Assembly: GCA_020137815.1 (NCBI GenBank)
Contig: CM035358.1
Coordinates: 2,294,001 to 2,358,000, forward strand
DNA length: 64,000 bases
From: Hormiphora californensis
Taxonomy: Eukaryota; Animalia; Ctenophora
Direction of reading: 5' to 3'
The translations under genes were made by a program, and so were the position numbers. Below the pieces are notes generated by a model that saw nothing but the letters and a program-made list of their open reading frames with translations, did no database searches and was not told where the DNA came from. Each line of letters opens with the position of its first letter. The first letter of the stretch is position 1. Shown piece by piece: positions 1 through 23,338 of this stretch.

Positions 1-711
1 ATCAGCACAAAACGCACCTTTCACATCTTCTCACACCCGACACTCGAAGAAGAAGAATAACACCTTCAAGACCCTCCCAAGGTGTTTGAAAACTGCTAGT
101 GTATTTCGGGCACAGTACATACTGTTACTTGACATGACAGATAATTTTCTGGTTTTTATCTCACAAGACCTCTGTTTTGGTCTCATTCTTTCCTCCTTTT
201 CCTCTTATCACTGTAATGTCATGCGACAACAATAAGTTCTTTTAAAATATGTTAGTTGCTGAGGCGTTATATAACATTAGTGGATAGTAAGTTTCTGTTT
301 TCTTCTCAGGTTCACTCACTTTCGTTCACTCTCTCTTCAGTCTTCCCTGGTTACCCCCCCCCCCCCACCCTTACAAATTTATATTTTGTATAATGGGTGC
401 TTTACTAACAAAGGGAGGCTTTGTCCAGATAAATGTAAAACCTTCTGCAACATAAGCCCTACCGTGGCGAACTTTTTAGGCTAATGATGCGCCAAATTAG
501 GGCCCTTAGGCATTAATTATTGTATACTTTGGCGGGGCGGGGGGTACAAAAGGGAGGGACTATAATTGATTAATTAATCATCCAAACATGATGATACCTG
601 TAGAGTGTGGGCTTTTTTACAATCCATTGTCACCACATTATTACCCAAATTCCCCCTTTTTTCCCCATTTTACCCAAATTCCCCCTTTTTACCCAAATTC
701 CCCCTTTTCAG

Positions 712-11470
<10,759 letters not shown>

Positions 11471-13659
11471 GTGAGTTACAGGTTCTATTTTAGTTTCTAG
11501 TATAGTTTCTAGTATAGTTACTAGGATAGTTACTAGTACAGTTTCTAGTATAGTAATTGAGAGGTATATTACTAGAGGTGTGGTTCCTAAGTAGTCTGGT
11601 ATTATATGATGGGGGCAGCATTGGCCTTGTTGTGTATATTGCGTGATAGTGGGGTGGGATGGAAGAAATAATATTTAGCGGATTCTAAAATGGATTCGCT
11701 CACTTGAGAAAAAGAGAGAGATAGGGAGAGTGACAAGGAGAGTGACAGAGAAAAAGGGAGGAATATATTATATTCTCACCCGAGCTTAAAACTGAATAAT
11801 TACTCAGTAGTCAGTACAATTATATCTTTGAATTCAACTTTGTCACGAGAGTGAGAGGGCTATAAATCAAGTATGGACAGTTCAATGTTACAACATCATG
11901 CCCTGGTTCCACAGCATTGTCATACTATACATGACTGTAGAGACACTTCTCGGCCGGATAACGGATTCGGTCACCACAGATTTGTTGAGGGCCAGGGCTG
12001 TGTACATTATAATTGGCATCTTTAGTGCCTCTAACAGTAACAACTCAGGACTCTACTGTTTTCTCTACCAATACACACCGCACACCTTCTTCCCTCACTG
12101 CATTACTGTAAGAGGTGTTTTCATCCTCAAGGTTGTGGGGGGGGTTTTTTGAAAAACCTCTCTCTCTCTCTCTCTTTCTTAGCTTTCTCTTGTCTCTCAT
12201 ATTTTCCTCTTCCTCCTCTTCTCTCTCTCTCTCCTCCCTTTTCCTCTCGTGATTTTCCCTTTGATTTTTCTCTCCTTTTGATTCACCAGGAATTCATTTG
12301 TTAACTATCATGAATTCATTCCGTAATTAAGCTCCCCTTCAGCCTGAGTTCTCGGGAGAGAGGGGCCCATGTGAGCAACTGAGTTTATCAATTGAGTTCC
12401 ATCCCCGTTCCAACGTAGGGCAATTCATCTGTCTTTCCTTCTCCATCTTCTCTCGTCATCTTTTTCTCATGTTAAGCTCATTTATATATTCTTTGCGAGC
12501 TCGCTCTTTCTCCCTCTCTCTGGAAATCACTCAAGGCCTGTCCAATTCAATCTTTTCTAGTTCTTCATGCGCTCCTGATCACTTTCTCGCCCCCTGCCCT
12601 ATCCCCCCCCCCTTTTCCCTCTATCTCTATCCTCTCTTATCTCCAAAAACCCCTTTTCCACAAGGCCTTTTCCCCCTTTTCTCTTCTCTTCTCTCTTCTC
12701 TCCCTCTCTCCTCTCCCCTCTCTCTCCTCTCTCTCTCTCTCTCTCAATGGAGACAGTAGAGCAAGTTGAGAGATCCTCGGCTTCATTAATGCTCAATCTC
12801 TTTCCAAAGTTAAATCTTCTCCCTTGCCCTCGCGCTTTGTTTATATGCATCACAAGTTAGCCCTATTGTAATATTATATCCATGAGGTTTGTTATGCCCC
12901 CATTATTTGGGTCTCTATTGTATATATCTTCTCTTTATTGCTTTGCGTCCAAGAGTCCTAAAAACAGCAGTTAGGCGTTAGCTATATCCCACAGTTCAAA
13001 ACTTTTGTTTACTTACAACTTTCAACAGCTCGACAGAGTAGTAAAATAACTCGTATATAATAAATAATGCATCTCTCATAACACTACTTGACAGTGTTGT
13101 TGTTATTTCCCGTGTGCCTCACCCATACGCCCTGACTCCCACAAGATATAGTAAACCCTTCCACACTTGCGAAAAAAACTTTTAAATTTAACAAACCTTC
13201 CTCCGAATTTTTGATCCTATGCATATCCTCCTATACCTTCACTCTCTTTCACATAACTATAGCAGCTGCTGTGGCGAAAGTACTATCAAGACTACAGCTC
13301 ATGTGACTCTGCCATGAGTGTGTTGACAACCAGCATATAGCAGTGATTTTGGCATGAGATCTGTTTGTCCGACCAAACTCACGTGATCTATTTGACTTCT
13401 GATTGGCCTGAGACAGAGCAATCTCTGGGAGTCTCATTGGAGGTGTTTCCCTCCCTCTCCCTGGAGCAGAAGTGTATAGTTCCGATACAGTTCCGGTCCC
13501 TCCATCTCTATCTCTCTGATTGAACTTTCAGACAGCTGTCGGGTTGTGGTAGGGGGGTCTGTAGACAGGAATATATGTTTCACATTATATCCTATCTGAG
13601 AGGAATATATGTTGGGGAGTGGTGGTGGGGGAACTTTGTATTGCTTCACCTACTTGATC

Positions 13660-13799
<140 letters not shown>

Positions 13800-14644
13800 C
13801 CAACACATTGTGCGTCAATGTGCGTGTACTATCTCTGCTGTTCATTATCATTGTAACGACGCTCATAGAAATATTGCAATTGTTTTTGAAACGGCATATA
13901 ATGGGCCTTTGTGAAGTATTGATCAGTATTTTAACGATGAAGGCGGGGTTTTGAGGATTAGATGAAAAGAGGAGAGAGAGGAGAAGAGAAAGAGAGAGAA
14001 AAAAGGGAGAGAAAGATAGAAAGAGAAAGAGGGAGAAATAGAGAAAATAAAATAAGAATGATTGTGGGGCAAGCACTATTATAAAGTAACATCGCACCTG
14101 GGATCTCTTTGAGCACGCACTTGCTGAAAGTTAATGTCAGAGACAAAGTGAGAGAGTGAGAGAGAAAGTGAGAGAGGATGAGAGAAAATGAGAGAGAGGG
14201 AGAGAGCGAGAGAGTGAGAGAGAAAGTGAGAGAGAAGGAGAGAGCAAGTGAGAGAGAGAGAGAGAGAGAGTGAGAGAGAAAGGCTGCCATTTCGATCTTA
14301 GGGATAATCTCTTCACTCTGACCTCAAGATATAGATTATATGAATGTTGTTTTCGATCTTTATTATACTTCTAAAATAACCCCATGACAGTCGCCAATTC
14401 TCTATAGTTTCTGAATGAGCCTGATATAAGACCCAAACCCCATACTATATCAAGTATCAATGATATATGCCACCCATGTTGACAGCTATAATTGTTTCTC
14501 GTTCCTTGGCTGACGCCCAAAAAGTCAGACAGCTCCCCAGTTGGTGTGGTTAATAACTCACCTTAATAACTCACTTACTTTTGCTTTTTGCTTTGTTTGC
14601 GTTCATTATTGATCTAAAAGAGAATACCCGATTTCTACTAGATA

Positions 14645-16547
14645 ATGTCAGCAATTGATGATTTGGGGGAGTTTGATCACTACTACAACGTCCGTCTTCC
14701 TCGGTGCAGTGTTTCCAGTGTTTCAAGCAGTGGTTGCCAGGAGGTGATAATGCGTCACCATGGTGACAATGGTGACGGTTGCCTTGGTGACAGTGGTAAT
14801 AGTTGCCATGGTGACAGCGATGGTGATGATGATGACGGGATTGATCGAGTGATTAGTAACCATTGCGATCGAGGTGATATCAACAGTAACCATGGTGACA
14901 GTGATCGAGGTGATATTGTCAGTAACCATGGTGACAGTGATCGAGGTGATATCGCCAGTAACCATGGTGACAGTGATCGAGGTGATATTGTCAGTAACCA
15001 TGGTGATAGTGATCGGGGTGATATCGTCAGTAACCATGGTGACAGTGATCGAGGTGATATCGCCAGTAACCATGGTGACAGTGATCGAGGTGATATCGTC
15101 AGTAACCATGGTGACAGTGATCGAGGTGACGCAGTCAGTAACCATGGTGACAGTGATCAGGGTGATATCGTCAGTAACCATGGTGACAGTGATCGAGGTG
15201 ATATCGTCAGTAACCATGGTGACAGTGATCGAGGTGATATCGTCAGTAACCATGGTGACAGTGATCGAGGTGATATCGTCAGTAACCATGGTGACAGTGA
15301 TCGAGGTGATATCGGTAGTAACCATGGTGACAGTGATCGAGGTGATAGCGCCAGTAACCATGGTGACAGTGATCGAGGTGACGCAGTCAGTAACCATGGT
15401 GACAGTGATCAGGGTGATATCGTCAGTAACCATGGTGACAGTGATCGAGGTGATATCGTCAGTGACCATGGTGACAGTGATCGAGGTGATAGCGCCAGTA
15501 ACCATGGTGACAGTGATCAAGGTGATAACACTAGTAACCATGGTGACAGTGATCGAGGTGATATCACCAGTAACCATGGTGACAGTGATCGAGGTGACAG
15601 CGCCAGTAACCATGGTGACGTTAGTACGGACTTACCCCAGTGTAGCTCATTCTCCAGTTACCAAACCTCCATCTCCCAGGATAGTTCATCATCGTCCTCT
15701 TTCCCCCGGTTAGCCCTCAGCAGCTGTGGTAGCACCAACATGGAGGACCTTAACAAGATCCTCAACTCGATTGGTGATCCTGAGGAGGAGCTGATAACAT
15801 TCCGAAGTCCCACTCTCCCAGATCTCATCATCAACCGGTCCTTATCGGATGTAACTAGCAGCTCGGTAAGGAGACAGTCCACTCAAAGTGGTCTGGAGAG
15901 TGATATAGATGAGAGGCGGTCCTCGTGTTTCAGTGATGGAGATCAGAGCGAGGGGCCTGTGACGTATCTGCTGACCCCAACCAATAAACGAGCTAGTATA
16001 TCATCCCTTGACGAGGGAATCACCCCGACACCCTATCAGTCCACCTTCAAAAGGGCACCTTCCTTCACCAACCGAACACGGCCACCTAGTCTGAAGATAG
16101 ATAAAAAGAAATCCCCAGCTCCAACCATAGAGCGAGCATCGTCCTTCCTCGCGGCCTCTCTCATCTCAATGCCATCCCTTGAAATCACTGCCCCTAGCCG
16201 CCGTGATAGTGGCTACCCCTCCAGCTGGCGACTCTCTCTGGGTGACTCAGATCCGGGCAGCGAGGCATCATCCGCCCGGAGGAGAAAGAGTCACCTCCGA
16301 GCGGTACCCGGGGTTGACCCCCTTCTCTTTCCCCGCCGGAAGAACTCCATTCTGACTCCAAACAACACGGGGAGCAGTCAGTTCACAACATCAGAGTCAG
16401 ATGATGGGCTGTATGATGACACGGATAGTAGTGAGGACGATTACTGGTCTGATTTGGATCACGAGAGTAAGACAGCCGCCCAATCCCTCTTTTTCATGGC
16501 TTACGAGAGGAAACGAAGAATGTCTACCATCCCTCTCAATGCCTCAG
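14645..16547 (+). CDS. Large candidate alternative first exon: 20 x 12-aa (SNHGDSDRGDIV) repeats plus Ser-rich disordered region
   Basis: 641-aa ORF whose non-repetitive half is protein-like (many RRxS sites). AG 3 nt before the ATG; CAG/GTGAGA donor after 16547 in phase 1, compatible with 36838. Confidence 0.65.
14855..15620. repeat. 36-bp coding minisatellite (~21 units)
   Basis: Unit AGTAACCATGGTGACAGTGATCGAGGTGATATCGTC. Confidence 0.95.
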
Positions 16548-17145
16548 GTGAGATATTTTTATCAAGTTAGAAGCGCTTTTCCCCATAAAATAGTAAGATT
16601 AAGTTGAACTCAGGTGAGCCATTTTGAGCCCCTGTATTGCACATAAAGGCTCAATACTAGAGCATATATACGAGGTATTTTAACGTCATCAGTATTTAGT
16701 TAAGTGGCAAGACTCATTGTGTAACTGCTACTAGAGCAGGTTTTGCAATCTGCGCTATACCTGCAGACTGAGCATTTATTGCAACTTTTAATGCCCCCAT
16801 AGTTAATGAGTTTCATTTGAAATGAATCATTTCGCAATGTCCATAGTTGAGTAATAATCCGAAATATAAAGTACTCGATTAGTTGGGTAATTATCCGAAA
16901 TATAAGATAAGAATTTACTGCCCTTTACTTTGTCAGTTACTACTAGAAATTATTCTAAGAACCATCTGCATATTAGAAATGGCATTCTCAAGTGAGGGTG
17001 TCTGGGTATTTAGTAGAATAGAAAGAAACAGTGAAGTGAGGGAGTGCCTCTAGTAGTAGTATCACTCACTCACTTTTTCCCACAGTCAGACCTCCTAGCA
17101 CGCCATTTAGTACGCCGTTTTTTACCTGCACCCACTGACAAATTT

Positions 17146-17243
17146 GTTGCACTGCACTAGAAATAGGGTGGTATACTCGCTTTTTATACCCACAAACGGG
17201 TATAAAAAGCGAGTATACCACCCTATTTCTAGTGCAGTGCAAC
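17146..17243. repeat. Perfect hairpin, 46-bp arms, 6-nt loop
   Basis: GTTGCACTGCACTAGAAATAGGGTGGTATACTCGCTTTTTATACCC-acaaac-reverse complement. Confidence 0.9.
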
Positions 17244-17494
17244 TATTGTAGGCCAAGCATTGAACACCGCAAAACCATTGTATATCAAGTGCTCTGTATC
17301 TCTAAACTGTGCTATATCAAGTAAACCACCACGATATTACCACAAGCAGGTGCGAGCCAAACCCCTGATTTAGGGATCTGTATCTCATAGTCTATATATC
17401 CAGTCCTTGATGTTTTTGTAATTTTGTTTCTATGAATTTAATTGGTAAGGCATTTACTTCTTATTTTATGCTTCAAACACACATAAAACCTCTA

Positions 17495-17593
<99 letters not shown>

Positions 17594-20500
17594 GATTTCT
17601 CCGGGTCCCCCCTGGGACAACAAAAGGAGCACTTTCCACCTGTCACCACTAGCATGGGCTCCCTGACAATTTTATCAGATAGTTGGGGGAGATAGTAGAT
17701 GGGAGCTATTCTTAGATAGGACTTTGTGAAGGGAGAGAGAGAGAAAGGGATTATAGAGAGAGAGAGAGGGATTATAGAGGGAGAGAGAGGGAAGATGGAG
17801 AGAGATGATATGCAGTGAGGGGGAAGGGGGAAAGAGGGGGAAGGAAATTTAAGTTTTGTGGCTACTTTGGGATCACGTAAACTAAACCGGGGAGAGGGAC
17901 AATTCTTTTTTGAATGAATTCACATTTGCCCTTTTTCGGGCAGATTTCCCTATCGATAAAACTGGGAAGTGAGTCCAAGAAGGCGCTGGGACAAAGTGAG
18001 TACAAGTTTTTAATTTTACTGATTTCACATTTTGTTTTTTATACCCATTGGTCCCCTTTTTGCACTTTTACCCAAACCCCTGCCTAAGGGACCCCACACA
18101 TTCCCTCATGTTTTTAAAAAAAACTTGACGTCACAGAGCTTCCTTCCTTCCAAACTTTATTTTTATATGATCTACGTTGTCAGCGTGCGTTACAGTCAGT
18201 GCCCGAAAAACCCCCCTTGCACGTATCCCCCCCCCCGGGGGCCTTTTAAAAATTTGGAATTAAGAAATAGGAAATTAAAAAAATTAGGGGGTCGATAGTA
18301 GGACGTATAACAGTTGGAAAATAAGTATAAAATAGTCTTTCTTTTACAAAATCAAAATCGTATGATGGTTAAATGATGATTTAAGTCGCATAACCCGGTT
18401 TGTATGCCCCTTTTCCGCAAAATTCCCCCAATATTTTTTTACCGTTTCTCTCTTTTCCATCCCCCCTCCCCTTTCTCTTTTTCCCCCTTTTCTTCTCTTC
18501 TCTCTCTCTCCTCCTCCCCCCTTCCATTTATCCGGGTCTCTTTTTCACTTGAAATAAAGTGCCTGTGCGAAGGGTTGGACAGCGTGGTTCAGCTTGACAT
18601 ATTATAATTTTCTTTTATCATCAATTTCTGTTCATCTTTGGCTAACTAGATAAGAGGGTTGTTTTTAGTATGACGATTTTTTGTATTTTCGTTTTAAGCC
18701 ATAGGGGGATTTTTTTTTTTTGCCTTTTGGGTCAAAGGGCCTTAGAAGAGGTACTAGATGTGAGTCACGTGAGATGGGAGAGAGAAAGAAGAAAAAGATA
18801 GAGAGATGTGAGGGAAGAAGAGAGAAGACAGGAGAGAGAGAGAGGCTGGGAGGGATAGAGGACAGAAGAAGAGAGAGAAGAGACGGAGAGAGGAAGGGGG
18901 AAAGGGGGGGCCCCCCCAAAAAAAGGAGGAAAAAGGGGAAGGGGGGATGGGGGAAAGAAAGGAGGGGAAAAACAAAAAGAGGGGGAAGATAATGGCGGGG
19001 AAGAAGGGAAAAGGGAGAAAATCAAAGAGGGAGGAAAGGAGGGGGGGGGGAAACGAAGAGGGGGAAAAGGGGACCCAAAGGGGGGGACAAGCCGTAAAAA
19101 AAGGGGGAAAGAAAGCCCGGGAGAGGGGGGGGCCCCCCCCCCGGGGGGAGAGGGGAAAAAAAAAAAGGGGGGAAAAGGGCCCCCCGGAGGAAAAGAGAGA
19201 GGAAAGAGAGAGAAAGGGAAAAAAGGGGGGAGAGAGGGAAGGGGAGGAGAAAGAGGAGGGGAAGAGAAGAGAGGAGGAAGAAGAAGAGGGGGGAGAAGGA
19301 AAAAAGAAGGAAAGGGGGGGAAAGAAATGAAGGGGAGGGTGGAAGGGAAAAAAAAATTTTGGTTGGGTGTGAAAAAAAAGGGAAAAAAAAAAAAAAAGAG
19401 AGAAAGGAAACCAGAGAATTTGGAAGGGGGAAAGGGGGAAAACCCCCCCCGGGGGGGGGGGCCCCCCCCCCCCCTTTTTTCTTTTCTCCTTTCTCCCCCT
19501 TTTCCCTTTTAACCCCCCTAACATCACAAATAGAAGGGTGATCAATTTTTTGGGGAAAATTTTTGGCACCCCTCCAAAACCCGTTTTTTTTTGATTGATT
19601 TACCCCCCTTTTTTTTTGTGTTTTTAAAGAAGAGTTAAATTTTGGGCCGGGGGTTTTCTAATCCGTTTTTCTTCAAAACAAGGAAAAAAAAAGGGGGGGA
19701 GGGGGGGGGGTGGGCCCCCCCCCTCAAATTTTTTTTTTTAAAAAAGACTAAATTGGTTTGAATTGAAAGGGTGGGGGAAATTTGTTTTTTAGGGGCCAAG
19801 GGAAAAAGGCGGGGAAAGGGGGGGAAAAAAAAAAATTTTTAAACAGGGGGGGAGGGAGGGGGGGCCCAACCGGGGGAGAAAACCCAAAAAAAGGGGGGGA
19901 AAGTGAAAAGGAGGGGGGGGGGGAAAAAAGGGGAAAAAAAAAAGGGGTTTTTTCCCCCCCCCCCCCCCCTTTTTTCCCAAAATTTTTTTTTTTTTTAAAA
20001 AAAGGGGGGAAAAAGGGGGGTTTTAAAAGGGGGGAAAAAAATAAAAAAGGGAAAAAAGGGGGGGGCGGGGGGGGGGGGGGCCCCCCGTTTTGGTTTTTTT
20101 TTTAAATTTTTTTGGGGAAAAAAAAAGGGAAAACGGGAAAAAAACCCCCCAAAAAAAATTTTCTTTTCCTTTTTTTTTTCCCCCCCTTTTTTTTCCCCCT
20201 CCCCCAAAAACGATTTTTGGTTAAAATTTTTTTTGGGGGAAAAAAATTTTGGGGAATGCTTTTTCAACCCCCTTTTTGGGGCAAAAAAAAAAGGAAAAAA
20301 AAGGGGGGGAAAAGGGAAAGCGTTTAAAAACCCCCAAACCAGGAGGGGAAAGTAAGAAAAGGAAGGGGGGGAAAACCGGGGGGAAACTCCCGAAATTTAG
20401 GGTTTTAATCCAAGGGGGAAAAGGGATGGGAAAAGGGGGGAAAAAAGGGGGGAGGTTTGGGGAAGGAAAGGGAAAAAAAAAAAAGGGGGGAAGGGAGAAG

Positions 20501-21983
20501 TAGAAAAAAAGAGGGAGAGAGAAAAAAATTTACAATTACTATACGAAACGTGTCGTCCTAGTTTACAAGTGGCTTGGGGGTTTTTTTAGGCAATTTCTAA
20601 AATGTATCACTTTTTTTAAACCATTTCCCTTTTTTAGTAAACCCCCACCTTCTTAAAAAATCTACAAGTATAGATTTGCTCTCCCCCCGTTAAAAGTAAC
20701 GACTACCTTTCCCCCCCCAGTTTTAAATAAGATTCTACCTTTTCTTCCAGTTAAATAACTATCTACTTTTAAGTTTTAAAAATTTTTAAAATAGCCACCA
20801 CCTAGATCATCTGGAAATCTGAACTCTGCTAGAAACTTCCATTGACAGGTTTGGGGGAACACTCACAACAAACACTTTTTCTTTTCTTCTCACCCAAACT
20901 TTGGGATGTTCCCCCTGACACCACTTTTCCCCCGCGATCATCCCTACTGGTAAATCAGCTATTTGATACTTCTCACTTACGCTCAAAAATGGGCTATAGA
21001 AGTGAAGAAGGGTACGGCTTATTCGTGTGGACCTGAACCAGGATAAAAGGCCTTTTATAGGGATGTAAATAGTTAAGTTGTAGTTTTCCTTTGCGTCACG
21101 TCCTGAGACAGGCCTTTTGCATTTCCTGAGACAGGCCTTTTGCATTTCTTCTCACCACTGCGCACTTTTACCCCCTGGATCATTCTCACCCACTGCGATC
21201 AATTTCTTAACCCCCCCGATCATTCTCTCCCCCGCGATCACTTCTCTGCCCACTGCGTTCACTTCTCTACCCACTGCGATCACTTCCCTCTTCATGCTCA
21301 ATTATTTTTTGAAGGAGGAGGGTATGAGTTGATTTTCTTTGCGGCTTAACCACATAGATGAGGTAAGATTTTTAGATAGGTAGGCCTTTAGGGAAAAAGT
21401 AAAAAGTAAGTTTTTAGCTTTTATTTGCTCACGCTGAGACAGGCCTTTTTCGTTTGTGGGGAGCGTTTTAGAAATTTATGATGTTGACATTTGTTTAAAA
21501 TTTTTTTGAACCCCTTTTTCATGTTTAGGACATTTGTTAAACATTTTTTGTTTGACTGGTTGATATAGATATGGTTTGCATGTTTATTTTGTCAGAAAGA
21601 ACCCCTGGTTAAAGCCCGCCTGAAAGTTTCCCCGTGACGCTTAATCATGTGTTACAGTTACTGTCCTTTTCATGTGCTGTTTTTAGGTTTAATTTTCTCT
21701 CTCTCTCTCTCTCATACTCTTCTACCATCGACTAGTCGATATCTCTCTCCTACTATCTACTTTCGCTATCTTCTCTTCTCTCTCTCGTCTACTCTCATCT
21801 TCTCTTCACACTTTCCCCTCGTAGTCGCTTCGCAAACCAAGTCCGGTGTGTCGTGGGAGGTGGGGTGTCGTGTACACATGTTCATTCCAGGCGGAGAGTT
21901 TTCCAATTTGCACTGGCCTCGCTTTCGACACTTTTAGACCTGGCATTCTATATCTTCTATATCACAAACACACACACACTCTC

Positions 21984-22066
<83 letters not shown>

Positions 22067-22156
22067 GTCACTATGTGTCGTTATCCACGTCTTGAATTAG
22101 TTTGCAGTTCTCAGACTGTTTTAAACATCAGCATCATTACAACTCTATATTATATG

Positions 22157-22427
22157 ATTAGATGACTGGTTAAAATGGTCTATTACTATTTAGTGCACGA
22201 GGCCGAAGGCCGAGTGTTCTAAATACAACAATAATGAACCGAGACCGATAGGTCGAGGTAGATCCTTTTACTTAGCTGCCGAGCCTGCGAGGCACGCTAA
22301 GTGTAACTACTGAGCGAGCCTGCGAGCTCTGTAGTTGTACTTTTGGGCCGAGCCTGCGAGGCCTAAAAGTGAAAGAATCTTTAACATTATTGTTGTGTAA
22401 TAGAGCATGTAAAAGCAGTCATCTAAT
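22157..22427. mobile_element. Small TIR element filled with repeated hairpins
   Basis: Imperfect ~30-bp TIR ATTAGATGACTG…CTATTAC; internal hairpins with CGAGCCTGCGAG / GCCGAAGGC cores. Confidence 0.7.
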
Positions 22428-23338
22428 TTTATTAGATGATTTTGAAAACAAACTGAGTGAACGAGATAAGTATTGAGTGAGAGAGAGAGAGAGAATCTTT
22501 CTCTTAGAAAGAGAATGTGTGTGAGAGAGAGATAGGGAAAGAGAGAATCGAAGGCAGAGAGGGAAAGCAGATGCAGGACGCTCATTGGGGTGGTGCCATC
22601 ACGTGACGATCACGTGACCTATAGTTGCGGAAGAAAAGATAAGGGTTAGGGCGTGTGCAGTACTGTGTAGTGACGTAAATGTTTACACTGTGTGCGTGTG
22701 ACTAGAAAGTGTCTAATTTTTCACATACCACTGCAACGGTATTTTACTTTATAATTACTAGTGTTTTGCAGTGGTCTAAGTTTTCACAGTGCACTGTTAC
22801 CACCGGAAACGGTGCACTGTGAAAACTTAGATCACCGGTCAAAATTGTCTAATATATTGTCTCCTTCTTTGCCAAGTAACATAGCGCCTTTTGATAGGGT
22901 TGTTTACCTAGACACGATCTGAAACTCGTTCTCGTAGTTTGTTTTGTAGTTTGTTTTGTTCAAACGGAGCGTGCGAAATGGGGTCTAGCTAGGCAACTCA
23001 TAGTTAAATGATGTCACGTCATTGAATTGTGTTTTGAAAGGGTGGTAGTTGCACCGAACTCAGTATAATTGCTGTCACCGTGTTCGAATTGGTTAGATCT
23101 TGATTGAGGCAGCATTAATATATATTATATTTATTGATTAGTTGATCTTGGTTTATTGTGCCTACTGAACTCAAATTGGTGTTTGAGCGGTTACCCCCTG
23201 CGCTCTGATAAGCCCCTGGTGGTAGACCCCTTGTGAGAAGTAAAAACTCGGTAGTTTGTGTAAAATATCAAAGAAAATAAAATATTGTGAGGCACAAAGT
23301 AAAACACTTATGACGTCATCAAGGGAGTCGTGACGTCA

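Noticed and set aside
14723-15713. VTMVT-repeat ORFs (296 aa -, 279 aa +)
   Set aside because: Alternative frames of the 36-bp repeat; only the 14645 frame extends into unique protein-like sequence.
17900-21600. Lys/Gly/Phe/Pro-rich ORFs and extreme homopolymer runs
   Set aside because: Pattern of inflated homopolymers (worst 18880-20520) is typical of low-quality single-read consensus; not biological coding.
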